Shown in pieces: positions 12,912 through 25,810 of a DNA stretch of 64,000 bases. Under the pieces are notes generated by a model. The model saw only the letters and a program-made list of their open reading frames with translations, ran no database searches and was not told the DNA's origin. Origin of the DNA: Camelus dromedarius (lineage: Eukaryota); assembly GCF_036321535.1 (NCBI RefSeq), contig NC_087437.1:64668001-64732000 (forward strand), read 5' to 3'. A program made the position numbers and the translations under genes. How positions within the stretch are numbered: the stretch's first letter is position 1; every line of letters starts with the position of its first letter.

Positions 12912-15217
12912 CTATGAGGAAAACAAGATGAGACAGCTTACTTATATGAGGCCATGACTCTCAAATTTAGTAAAATGCTAAAATGCTATTTGTGCTTTTT
13001 AGCTATTCACTAAACAGAATCATTGAGAAATCTCAAGCTAATTATAGCTTTATTTGAATGGAATTTCTGTTTGCTCATTTCTTAAATGAAATTCAGAAAT
13101 TCCGTGAGGAATGAGGTAAAATAAAAGCATTATTTTCCAATACAAGCTCTAGTCATTGAAAGTCCAAAGAACACCATGAACAAAGATGTAAACATAAAAA
13201 TGATAAACTAAGAAGGGAACAGTGATGAGCTCATTTGACTTCAGTAGAATTTTGTAAAGTTTGTAAGGTAAAATCAGGTTATAAGAGAGCTTGAATAGCA
13301 GGGTAAGGTTTTTAGAACTGATTTGAGAACTACTGTAGACTTTGATGCAAGAAAGAAGTTAATGTTTTAGAAAGATTAATCTGCACAATGGGTGGCAAGA
13401 AAAAGGATAGGACAGAGTGGGCAATAAGTCTAAATAGGAGATTGTAATACAAGGGTGAGGTGATATAGTCTGAACTGGAGCTGTAACAGTAGAAAGAGAG
13501 ACAAAAGAGTCAGTATCTGTGGATGACAAAGAATTTAGAGACTGATTAAATGAAGACAAAGAAGGATTCATGAAGTACCTCAAAATTGGATGACTAAGAC
13601 AATAGCAGTACTATTAAATGAAACAGGGAGACTCTAAAATGAATCAGTCAGGAGAGGAAAAAGCATGAATGCCATATTAGTTTACTGGGTCTAAATTTAT
13701 GCCATCTGAGTAGGTTTCATTAATAAGGCAGGAGGGGAGATAATCATCAATGCAAAGGGAGAGCCTTGGGGCATGACCCAGAAAGGATACAGGAGAAAGA
13801 GGCAGCAGAGGAAAATGGACCAGCAGAAGAGGCAAGTGAACAAGAAAGGCAGAGTCTTAGATTGTAAGAGAGCCTTTGGAAGAAAGGGGAAGTAACTGAA
13901 GGTAAGGAGCAGAAAAGGTTAGGGAATCACAGAATGTCAGGGTTAGAAAGGGCCTTGGAGATGATCTCATCCAACTTCCAGGTACTGCCTGCATCTCTTG
14001 CAGACAGACCATCTTCCTGACTATTATCTACAAGTCACCTTTATGCTGTACCCTTCACTTAATCAGAAGGCAACAGCAAAAGGAACAGGAAAGTCACTAG
14101 GGAAAGAATCCATAAAGAACCAAAAACAAGAAAAGAGGTTTAGAAGTATAGAAATAATACTGCTGTAATTTTATCTTTTAACCCTCCAGCACTTAGCACA
14201 ACTTTATAGTTTTTCTCTTTTTGTGTACTCATTAAAGACAATTCAGAAAGTACAACTGTGGAAAAAGAAAAAGATAAAAAACCACCCCTAATTCTCTTGT
14301 CATAGTGTTACCACTATATTTTTACTTTAGTGTGTTTCCTCAGTCTTCTCCCCCTAACTATGTATGTATATGTAATTTCTATATGTACCATGCTTCTGCT
14401 TACACACAATATAAAATTTTGTATCCTGCTTTGATCATTAACATTATGACACTTTCCATGCTAGTATGTGGTATTTATAAGCACCATTTCCAACAGCTGC
14501 ACATCTCAAGTAGATCTAACATACATAATTAATTCCTGAATCGATACTTGGACTAGTTTCTCATTTTCACACATATATATGGAACATCTTTACATTCAAA
14601 GCTTTTTCCACATATAGGGATTATTCCTTGGAATAGATCCCCAGAAGTGAGATACCAGGTCAAAGGGTATAAACATATTTAAGCTCTTGATAAAAATTCT
14701 TTGAGGACAGTTGTTTTCTACTCACCAAGACTTGCCTGGCCCTAGTTTACTCCCATGAAGAAGCAACAAACAAATAGCTCCTGGGACCCTACAGTTTACA
14801 TATTATGCTCCTTCTTGAGTTAGGGAGAGGACTAAACATGGCTGAAGTTAACATACAAACCAGAGCTTAGTCCTAGTTATAGTTATACTTTACCCAAAAC
14901 ACCATTTTTTGATTTGGTTCATCTTTGGGGCTTCTTAAAAGATGATTTCTAGAGCACTATTTACTTCAGTGCATCTACTGTCTTACAAAAAGCTCCAGTT
15001 CAATCTTCGAGGCAAGAGATGAAAATGACAAATGAGGAAAATAAAGAAATCAGTGCTACCTGTGAGCACAGCTAATATAAGGGAGGTGTGAACTACATAG
15101 TAGGGTACGATGTAGGAACCCCTGTGACCACATCTCTTTTAGGTTCTTTTGATTCCAAGCTGTTCTACTCTTTGGGAGTTCCCCAGTCCATAACTAGAAA
15201 AACTAATAAAAACTTAC

Positions 15218-15340
15218 GGGTTGGAGCTTTTGGACTTTCTTGTGGTTTGGTGCAAAATCCATTTATTCTCTTTGAATCAGAGTTTCTGGTAGGCCTTAGA
15301 AATGAGGAAGCATCTCTTTCACATAACCTAAAATAATTTC
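15218..15340 (-). CDS. FAM162A: FAM162A coding exon 2
   Basis: TTTTCTAG|GA acceptor and C|GTAAGT donor. Encodes (G)NYFRLCERDASSFLRPTRNSDSKRINGFCTKPQESPKAPT; 123 nt. Confidence 0.96.
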
Positions 15341-17758
15341 CTAGAAAAGAGAGAAAAAAAATGATGAAAAAAATCTGATGTCTCAAAATGAAATGCCTGC
15401 AAGATACATATTTCACTTATAAAAAATTAACTCATTTAAAAAATGAGTATCCTACACGTAAGATAGGATCAGCTGTAAGTTTTATAAAAGAACTTCTCAC
15501 ATGTGTCTTGTCATAACAATGAGTCTGATGGGAATATTATGCATTATGGCACCCGGTTGTTGAGGTGAAGATTAGCAATCTCCCAGAAGTGATAAAACAA
15601 GATGACAAGTTGCCAAGTTGCCAACACTCTTCTGGTAAACTCTGGGTGGGGGTCTGCAGTGGCCAGCAAGGGGCTCTAGAAAGTCTTGTTCCATCGGAGC
15701 CATAATTCTCCAACTAGAAATCAACTGTAGATATAGTCATGAATTACGTGTAATTTAAAAACTATATACATATATATTTATATACACATAAATGTATAAA
15801 ACTGTATTATTATATATAGTATATGTATGCAGTCATTTTTTAAAGTCTAAATTCTAAGCACCTATAAAGAGTAATATTACAAAAATCTATGTATTCACCA
15901 CCCAGTTTCAGCAATTAACAATACATGGCCAATATTGTTTCATCTGAATCCCAAACACAATTATTTTAAAGCAAATCCCAAACATCCTGTCAGTTCATCT
16001 ATAAATATTTTAGTATGCATCTCAAGACAATAACTTCTCAAAATCATATCCAGAATACCACTGACAAAACTAAAAAATATTTTCTCGGTATCAGCACATG
16101 ATCAAACAATAACTCAATTTCCACAACGGGCTTGTAATTTTTTTTACAGTGGACTTATTCTAAATAAGTGCATGCACTAAATATGGTTGTTGTATCCTGT
16201 ATAGGTCTCCCCCTCTTTTGTTTCTTGCCCTTTATTTGTTGAAGAAACTAGATCATTAGTTCTACAGAATTTCCCTTGTGTTAGCTCTTGCTGATTGTAT
16301 CCCCATGGTGTTGTTTAACATATTCTTCTAACTCCCCTATTTCCTATAAACAGATCTTTGAGATTTCATCACATTCAAGTTAGAATTTTGAGCAAGAATA
16401 TGTCATAGGTGGTACTACGTACATCCCACTGTATTACATCAAAAGGCATTATGTCAATTGTCTTTTTGCGATGTTAAGGTTGAGCAGTAGATGCTATTGG
16501 TCTGACTTACCCCTTAGAAGGTTCTCCAGCAAACTTTCATCTAATGTTTTTAGCAGACATCGGTGATGTTACCTAGATCTACTGTTTCACTAAGGGTTGA
16601 AAGATGGTACTATTCTGTTATACAGTAACCATTTGGTTATCCTAAGATAAAAGTGATATAGGAAATGTAGAATGCTTGATTCCTTTATTTGGCAGTTTTC
16701 AAACTAATGAATTGGTTTCCTTGCAAAGTCACCCTCACAGGTGACTTTCTGTTTAAAAGTAACATAAGTAGCTCTTGCATTTAACACGTGATGTGCCCCA
16801 GTCCATTCCAGTTATTTTTCTTTTTGATGCCCAGATGTCCCCATCTTTAGTCACTGGGGACCTTTCTAAGCTGTCTCTTGGGTCCTTTCAACATGCGCTC
16901 AGTGATCACAGCCACCTTACTTTCTGACAAGATGTTCTGAACTCATTTTAAATGCTTCCTGCCCCAGATTTGGAATCAGACATTCCTCCAAGGTGCTCTG
17001 GTTCCTTTAAAGGCATCATAGAGACGCTTGAGGAAGGCTCATTTGTTACTGAGTTTGTTACGTTTCCAAATCTTCTCCGTGAACAAAGAAATACATTTCT
17101 TTTTAAAACAAAGGAATGCTTCAGAACTTAGAAATTTTCACCTTCAGTGTTAGCATGAACATTTTTAATCAGTCGATAATTAATTCGAATTCAAAGCAGA
17201 GACAGCCAGAAACCGTTCTGATGAGGGTGAAAGTGGATAATTCTGAATATGGGAGGGTCATGGTACAAGAGAGACTAGGACTGGCATAGGATTCAGTCAG
17301 TAGACCATAACAGAGCCCTAGGGCCCTAGGACATGGAAGAAAGGGGGCACTATGTAGTAGAATGGAACAGAAAAAGAAAGCTGGAAAGGCACCAATGATA
17401 AATTTGACCAGGGTCCTGGCACTTCATGATGCTCTGGGTGACAAAAAAAGGGATGCCCAAGACTTGCCTTTAATGCAACAAGAATATTGCCTTGTGGTTA
17501 AAAGTTCACAGGAGAATTCAAACAGTTTTTAAAAATCTATTTGTTAGTGGACAAATAGACTATACCTTTGAAGTTCCAAACTCCTACTTGGGTATCTTTG
17601 TAGCGTCAGAATTTGAAGCAATAAGGGGAGGCAAGAGAGGGAAGAGAAGCAAAATATGGTTATAGCAGTGGACCTCTAAAGCTAGTGAGAAACGTAATTT
17701 CCTCACTTTTTTTTCTTGCTGTTAAAAAAACCTTTAAACATAACAATCTAAAAGATAT

Positions 17759-18265
17759 TGACTGGATAAAGAAGTTGTGGAATATTTATACAATAGAATA
17801 CCACTCAGCCACAAAAAAGAATAAAATAATGCCATTTGCAGCAACATGGATGGCCCTGGAGACTGTCATTCTAAGTGAAGTAAGCCAGAAAGAGAAAGAA
17901 AAATGCTACATGATTATCACTCATATGTGGAATACATAAAAAAAGAAGACAGATGAACTTATTTATAAAACAGAAACAGAGTCACAGATATAGAAAACAA
18001 ACTCATAGTTACCAGGGGGAAGAGTGTGGGAAGGGATAAATCGGGAGTTTGAGATTTGCAGATACTGACTGGTATATATAAAATAGATAAACAAGTTTAT
18101 ACTGTATAGCACAGGGAACTATATTCGATATCTTGTAGTAGCTTGCGGTGAAAAAGAATATGAAAACGAATATATGTATATTCATGTATGACTGAAGCAC
18201 TGTGCTGTACACCAGAAATTGACACAACATTGTAAACTGACTATACTTCAATTAAAAAAAAAAAG
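17759..18265 (+). mobile_element. 5'-truncated LINE-1 3' end with target-site duplication
   Basis: ORF2 C-terminal remnant (DWIKKLW...) plus 3'UTR and poly(A), flanked by TAAAAGATAT at 17749-17758 and 18266-18275. Confidence 0.9.
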
Positions 18266-18319
18266 TAAAAGATATCACTGTGAACTTCTCATGGGCATGT
18301 GTTTATATTTGTGTAAAGA

Positions 18320-20430
18320 TTTTTTTATTGATACATAATTCCATTCATAAAAATCCATCCTTTTAAATTAAGTGTAGAATTCAGAAGTTTTTATTATAGA
18401 CACAAGTTATACATTGATTATTATCTAATTCCAGAAGATTTTCATCACTCCAGAAAGAAACTCTGAATCCACTAGCAGTCACTCTGTGTTTCTTCCTCCC
18501 TCCAACCCCAGAAAACCACTAATCTACTTTCTGCCTCTACTGAATTGTATATTCCGGATGTTTTATACAAATAGAATCACGTATGTGGCTTTTTGTAATT
18601 TGCTTCTTTTACTTAAAATGTTTTCAAGGTTGTTCATACTGTAGCATTTATCAGTACTTGATTTATTATTTTTTTAATGACAAATTTTCTCATTGCACAG
18701 ATATCCCAGACTTTGTTTATACATTGTCAGTGGACATTTAGGTAGTTCTTACTTTTTGGCTGTTATAAATAATGCTGACATGGACATTTGTGTACAAGTT
18801 TTTGAGTGAACATCTATTTTCATTTCTTTGGGGCATATACTAAGAGGTGAAATTTCTGAGTCACATGGTAACTCCCAAACCCTCTACTCCCAACATCCTC
18901 TTTGTCTTTAGCTGAAGATATTTAAGGTGAGGGTTACAGCCACTTCATTGAATTACTCAGTTTTCCTGGGTCTCTCCCATGTATATGTTATTTAATGTCA
19001 ACTCATTATGTCTCATGTCAACTTAATTCTTAGACCAGACAGAAGAACTGAGAAGGGTAGAAGAAAATTTCTTCCTCCCCGACATGGTCTTGATTTTTTT
19101 TTCACTTTTTTGAGGGGGGTGATTAGGTTTATTTATTTTTTTAATGGAGGTGCTGGGGATTGAAGCCAGGATCTCATGCATGCTAAGCACATGCTCTACC
19201 ACTGAGCTATTCCCTCCCCCACAACTTGATTTTTATCTCTCTACTGAGTAGCAACAATGAGAATCTTTCCACATGCTTATGGATATTTGTATATTTTTTC
19301 TGGAGAAATGTTCATTCAGCTTCTTTGGCTCATTTTTTAACTGGGTTGCTTTTTATTACTGAGTTGTAAGAGTTCTTATATATTCTAGATTCAAGTTCCT
19401 TGCCTGATACATGATTTGCAAATATTTTCTCCATTTCATGGGGTATCATTTCATGGTAGTTGATGATGCCCTTTAAATACAGAAATTTTTAATTGTGATG
19501 AAGTCCAATTTATCTATGTTTTCTTTTGCTGCTTGACTGAGCTTTTGGTGTCACAGGTCACAAAGGTTTACTCCTGTTATTTTCTATGAATGTTATAGTT
19601 TTAGCTCTAATATTTAGATCTGTGATCCATTTTGAGTTAATGTTGATACATTGTATGTGGAAGGAATCCAACTTCATCCTCTTGCACATTGGGTATCCAG
19701 TTCTCCCAGGATCATTTATTGAAAAGACTATTTTTTTCCCCTGTTGAATTGTTTTGACACAATATAGAAAAATGTCCAAAAACGTGAGGGCTTATTTCTG
19801 GACTCTCAATTCCATTTCCTACGATCTATATTCCCTTGTATTCTTTGTTGTGTTTTGCCACCGAAGTCTATGTTCTATGTTAGTTTAGTGGTCAGCTAAT
19901 AACTGGACAGAGATTTCTTTAAATGCCTTCCACTAATAAGTCTGCTGGCCTCTGCTGAATGGCTTTGTCTGCATTTTGGAGCATGCTCTGGAGTGGGTGA
20001 AGGAGAAGCTGTATTGTGTTAGCTCTGAGTCAGAGGGGGGGAAAAAGGTATGCCCCATGAGGGAAGATTTCCATGGAACTACCAGACAGGTCAAAGTAAC
20101 AGTTCTCTGGGGTGAGGGGCTTTGGGGAGCTCCAAATCCATTCTGCCTTCTTGAGTGTCTGCTAGGTTTTCATAGCTATGACTGAGACTATTAGTTTTCA
20201 AGGCTACTGTGAAGCCAAGAGGAAACAGGAATCAGTTAAAACTTTATAAGTCTTGCTGTTCTTACCATGATTAAGTGATTTTCTTGGAGAAATGCTACTC
20301 AGATTGTCACAAGCCTCTGGGTATTTTATAGAGTTCTGAAAAAGTTGACTGTAAGAATTTGGCAGTGTTTTCATTGCTTTTATATAGGAGTGGATTTTCA
20401 GAGTCCTAACTGACATACTGAAGTTGGAAC
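18320..20430 (-). mobile_element. Old L1 (L1M-type) 3' fragment interrupted by an LTR-like remnant and a SINE
   Basis: Reverse-strand L1 text and ORF 19558-19779 (CKRMKLDSFH..INSKWITDLNIRAKTI), which resembles L1 ORF2. Confidence 0.75.
19099..19220 (-). mobile_element. tRNA-derived SINE (Vic-1-like)
   Basis: Reverse complement starts GGGGGAGGGAATAGCTCAGTGGTAGAGCATGTGC...CTGGCTTCAATCCCCAGC (A/B boxes) and has an A-rich tail. CTTGATTTTT flanks it at ~19089 and ~19225. Confidence 0.85.
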
Positions 20431-20553
20431 TGCTATGTACCAAGATTTGTGGTTGCCTGCAGTCTGATTTCTTTCTTAAGAGGCCTCATTTATTTCAGTT
20501 TTCTAGGCATGTAGTCCCGGAAAGCTTTGCCTGGGTCTGGGAAACCACACCAC

Positions 20554-20573
20554 CAGTGCCACCTAGTGGCAGC
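20554..20573 (-). promoter_or_regulatory. Strong CTCF-like motif
   Basis: Minus strand GCTGCCACTAGGTGGCACTG fits the CTCF core CCACYAGRKGGCRS; it lies in apparently unique sequence. Confidence 0.6.
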
Positions 20574-20929
20574 AAGTATACACTGTAAGGAAAGTAGATA
20601 AAATTATAACTGATCTCAGCTTCTTTCATCATTCTAAATGTGGGTAATGTAATATTTACTTCACCAGGGTTGACTAAAGGGTTAAATGGAAAAACAAATG
20701 TGAAAGCATTTGGCAAGATGCTCAAGACACAGTAGGCACTCTGAATGTTAAGTTTGTTTCTTGCAACGCTACTTACAATACTAATCTTCAAAACATTTTC
20801 AGAGCATTTTGATTTTACTGCTGAGGTGGTCAGAATTTCTGACCAAGGTAATTTTATACAGCTACCAGAGGAAATTCTATGAAACCCTTCAAAAATTCTT
20901 CATAGCTCTCAGGATTGAAACAAAATTAT

Positions 20930-21125
20930 TCAATGCTGTGACTCTAAAACTTCAGTATGCATCAAAACCACCCAAATGGCTTGTTAAAATGCAAATCACT
21001 AGGCCCACCTACCTCCAGTTTTGGAATCAACAGTTCTAGGGGGAAGGTTGGGAATTTGCATTTCTATCAAGTTATTAGGGGAAGCTGCTACTGCTGGTTT
21101 GGAACTATACTTTGAGAACCACTAT
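20930..21125. mobile_element. MER5A-like hAT-Charlie MITE
   Basis: 'aaacttcagtatgcatcaaaaccacc...aatttgcatttctatcaag...tactttgagaaccact'. Confidence 0.65.
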
Positions 21126-21629
21126 GTTTTGGCGGTTTAAAAAATTGTGGTAAAACATATATAACACAAAATTGACCATTTTAAACATTTTTAAGCATAT
21201 AGTTCCGTGGCATTAAATAATTAATGATCACACTGTTGTGCCACTATTACCACCATCCATTTCCAGGTTTTTTCATCTCCCCTAGAGAAACACTAGTTTA
21301 ATGTGACCTACAACGCTCCATCTCACACCATCCTGTCCCATTCCCTTCTGGCAGGCACTGAGACAGAAAGGAACAAAGTTAACTGGCAGTGAGCTCTACT
21401 GTCTAAATAGGAAACAGGAAAGAATCAGTAATTATTTTCTTAGGTACTTCCCTCCCCCATCCCTCTTAATTAGAACAGAGGCAGTTGAGGAGAACAGAAC
21501 AGAACAGAGACAGTTTAGAAGAATAAAAGACAAGCTGCCTCTCAGCTCAGTTCAGGTAATAATGAAAAAGCAAAAGTGCTATCACCAGCAACTTACTGTG
21601 AGTTACATAAATGCATGTTTGGAGATATT

Positions 21630-22100
21630 CATTCATTCAACAAATAATAATTGAGTACTTAGTATGTATCAGGCATTGTTCTAGGCAATATAAAAAAGAG
21701 ATAAAAATCTATGCCAGTCAAACTTTCATTCTACTGGAGAGAGAGAAAATATATATATATTTATTTATTTATTTATTGTTAGATAGTAGCTTCCAAAGAG
21801 AAAAAATAAACAATGGGGACACTAAGTGTTTGTGTGCTTGGAATGTGACTGTGTGTGTGTGTGAAATTTTAGATAGGGTAGCAGGAGTTCTCTCTGAGAA
21901 TGCTACTTTTGAAGGAAGTGAGGGAGCTAGAAGGCAAGGATCTGGTGAAAGAGCATTCCAAACAGAAATCACAGTAAGTGCAAAGGCCCTGAAGTGTTCT
22001 AGGGACACAAAGAGGAGGCCAGCATGGCTGGAACAGAGTGAATAATAAAAAGAAGTGTAGGATTTGAAGTCACAGAGGTGCCCAGGGATGGAGGTACAGA
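21630..22100. mobile_element. L2 relic
   Basis: 'attcattcattcaacaaata...ttgagtactt' end motif and 'gcaaaggccctgaag...ggccagcatggctggaacagagtga'. Confidence 0.55.
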
Positions 22101-22644
22101 ATAGGGATTTAAAGGCATGAGAGATTTACCTAGATCAGAAAATATCTCCCAACTTTTTCTTACTAAAACTTCATACCGGATACCAGTAATTTTTAACTCC
22201 CTAAGGTATAACTACTTATTAAAACATAAACATGATGTTATACATATTATAAATAACAGACCATTATAAAAATAATTTAAAAACCTGGTATCTACTAAAA
22301 AAAACGGGAAGTATTTGATATGATTCTGGTCTTTATTTTGTAATTACAAAAAAATTAAAGCATAAAAATGTTTTAGTATCATAAACTCTTCTTTTCTACC
22401 TCAAAGAAAAAGAATATATTGTCCTAGACACTGAAGCCAGAAATTTCCCATCCTCTGGTGGATCACAATTAAAAACAAACATATAAACCACAAGAAAAAC
22501 AGCCCTTTAAACCTTTGGCTACAATTAAAGCCTGTCCCTGGTTGACCAGTTCTGTGTCCCCAGGGCCCTAGCAGGAAGTCAAGATGAAGCCCCACTGCTG
22601 CTCCTCAGGCCCTGACTGGCAAATGGCTGATTAATCTTAAGAGT

Positions 22645-22825
22645 ACAGGTCCTCAAACTTTAGTGTGCAACAGAAGCACTCAGAACTCTTAGCACAGACT
22701 ATTGGACCCCATTTCCAGTTTCTGACTCAGTAAGTGTAGGTGGAGCCTGAGAATTTGCATTTCTAACAGTTTCCCAGGTGATGCTGATACTGTTGGTCTG
22801 GGGACTCACAATTTGAAAATCAGTG
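22645..22825. mobile_element. MER5A-like MITE
   Basis: 'ctcaaactttagtgtgca...gagaatttgcatttctaacagtttcccaggtgatgctgatactgttggtctggggac...tttgaaaatcagtg'. Confidence 0.7.
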
Positions 22826-23289
22826 TCTTAGAGTTACTACTGCTAGCTGGAGGCTCCAGTGGTTCAGCCCAGATGAGGCAGTTCAGGTACTGGCTTCTGC
22901 TGTTGTCTCCTCCTTTCCATAAAAAGTCTTTCTAACCCCGATTGACAGTGCAGAGTGGTGGAGATGCTTTGTTTTTTTTTTTCCCTCAAGACTCTTTCAA
23001 GACTCTCTTGGAGATAACCATCAGTGATGTTACCTGGGACATAATCAATCTCTGGGAATTAGCAATGATAAATGAAGGTTCAATGAATGCTGAAGGAGAA
23101 ACAGGCTTTTAGAAGATCATCTAATTTAGTATTTCCTAGCCTGTGTGAAGATCAGTTGCCAGGTTTGTTACACGTATGTTGTTAGTTACAAAGTTTGCCA
23201 GTGATTTGCTTAAAAATAAAATCATGGCATTTGTCCAATCCCCTAAAACTACACAAAACAAAGAATTTTGATACATGCAGATTTAAAAA

Positions 23290-24935
23290 TATCAACCAGG
23301 AAGTTGAGGGAGTCCCAGGATGAAATGCAGATTGTGACAAATGTATCTAACTGTATTAGAAATGTATGACCTAACCTCATAACTTCAAGGTGGGAAAAAA
23401 GGAGCTGATCTACGTAACTGTGGAAAACACTGTTTTGACTGGAAACTGTAAGACTAAAGACAAAAAATATATATAAACACTATACTCTAGTTGGCAAATT
23501 TGTTTCTTATAGGAGCATGGGTTAACAATGAACAAATAAGTAACTAAATGGTAGATAATGACAGCGAGCCAGGTTTCTCACCCTCAAAGAAAGAAATTCC
23601 AAACGTGAGGGTGGAAGGCTAGAAAGAATGTGGTGCTGGATCAGAGTCAGAGAACTCAGGATGAACCCCTTTAGCCTTATATATAAACTCCTCCCTCCCT
23701 CTCCCTCCCTCTCCCTCCCTCCCTCTCCCTCCCTCCCTCTCTCTCTCCCCACCCCCATAGAGACAAAAGAGAAATGATAGATATGAAATAAATATAGACA
23801 TAATTAGAAGTATGTGTGTATACATAGTTTAGTACATACACATATATTTTCTAGCTCTACCCACTGGAAGGCCTGGAATTAGTGACACTTTAGTAGCAAC
23901 AAGCATACTCAGTGCTCAGATCTTGGTTTCTAAATACCATTATCCAATAAAAGGAACCAGGGATCCTTGGAGAAAAATAGCTGACTCTAGGTTGGGGCAG
24001 AGAAATTACAAGATGAGTCTGGAATATCCTGTAGTGCCAGAAAGTAAGGAAGTGTTCAAAAAATAAAAGGAGGAGGGCACGTAAAGAGACACAGGAGCTG
24101 ATGTGATAGAAACTAAACTGGAATAATATGAACAACACAATAAATTAACATAGTAATAGATTGTAATTTAAAATATGAGTCCACATACAAATAAATAAAT
24201 AAATAAATAAAATATGAGTCAATTCTAATATGAATAACTGGATGAATGAATAAACAGGGAAAAAGGGACAAATCTCTGACAGAAAAACCCCAAATATATG
24301 TAGATACGCTTTCCCTTCTGGATTCTTCTCCCCTTGCGTGTGGGTTTGAACTTAGTGCTTGCTTCCGACGAAAAGAGTATGGAAAGGGAAAAATAGTGAC
24401 TTTACAAGGAAGAAAAAAACTGGCCTAGGTTAATTCATCAGTAATAAATCACGTGGATATTATGTACTCTCTACTCTGATGTGATGAAAAGGGCACTTTA
24501 CTTCTGTGCTATTTATTCTTCCCCTAAACTCATAATGCTAGTCTTAGCATGATAAAGCGTCAAACAAAACCAAATTGAGAGGCATTCTACAAAACATCTG
24601 ACCAGTATTCCTTAAAACTGTCAAGATCATGAAAATCAAAGAATGTGAAACCGTCACAAAACAGAAGACACTAAGGAGACAGGGACAACTAAATGCAATG
24701 TGGTATCTTGGACTGGATCCTGGAACAGAAATGGACATCAGCAGAATAACCAATAAAAACCAAATGAAGTCTGTCCTTTGGTTGATAGCAAAGTACCAAT
24801 GTTAACTTCTTAATATTGACAAATGTACTGTGCTTATGTAAAACAATAGCATTTGGGGTAAATGGATGAGGGGTACACAGAACTCTGTACTATCTTTGTG
24901 ACATCTCTGTAAATTAAAATTATTTCAAATAAAAA
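23290..24935 (+). mobile_element. Old L1M(C/D)-type 3' fragment with an internal (CCCT)n tract at ~23689-23750
   Basis: L1M 3'UTR-like text ('caactaaatgcaatgtggtatcttggactggatcctggaacagaaatggacat', 'gaactctgtactatctttg') ending at AATAAA ~24928. Confidence 0.6.
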
Positions 24936-25239
24936 CATGGCTATTAATTACATCTTACCATTTTTCACTTTATACATAGTTTACAAAATTTTTACATTTA
25001 TTTGATATTTAATATTTTAAGAGAATTTGACGTTATCTTTATAAAAATGTCATTCTCACTCATTTGCCTCCAATATGCTTTTGGAGTGGGATTGAAAAGG
25101 AAAGAAATGGGACATAGGTAGGAAATGTGTCCAATTCAGGGTAAACCAAAGAAATGCAGGTGAAGGTCACGTGACTAGTGTACCTTGATGGAGATAAGAT
25201 GAGAAAATTACACATGATGATATATATCTTGTCACATCT

Positions 25240-25810
25240 TGCTATTTTCAAATGTGGTTGCTATTACCTGTGAGCCTGTTAGAAATGCAAACTCTCAGCT
25301 CCCACCCCAGACCTATAGAATCTTAATCCGCATTTTTAATGAGATATCCAAGTGATTCATACGAACATTAAATTTCAAGAAGCAAATAGATACCCACCAC
25401 GTTCATTCAACAGCTGATGAATACATACTGTGTGCCAGACACATGGAAACCAACACTGCAGAACAGTGCTCTTCAGCCTCAGCTGGGAGCTTCAAGGAAA
25501 TACAAAGTCTCAGACCCAACCCTAAACCTTCAGAATCTCCTGGGGTTAGGACTGGAAAAATGTTTTTACAGCCCTTCAAGTGATGCTTGTGCATACTGAA
25601 GTTTGAGAAGCACTGCTCCAGAAAGGTGGATTGCAAGCTCTGTATACTGAAATTATCACCAAAAAACTCACAGAAGAACCCAAAGCACAGGGCCATCCCA
25701 AACCAGCTAAATTCCAATTTCTGTGACGAGAACTCTGGCATTTGTATTTTTCTTAAAAGATTCTCTAAGTGATTCTAACGTGCTGCCATGTTTGAGAATC
25801 CCTACTCTTC
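25240..25810. mobile_element. Cluster of about three MER5-like fragments
   Basis: Recurrent MER5 motifs: 'ttagaaatgcaaactctcag', 'gtgatgcttgtgcatactgaagtttgagaagcactgctc', 'aagtgattctaacg...tgtttgagaatccctact'. Confidence 0.55.

Noticed and set aside
21611..22045. Longest ORF in the track (144 aa)
   Set aside because: It runs through an L2 relic and simple repeats and has no coding signature.
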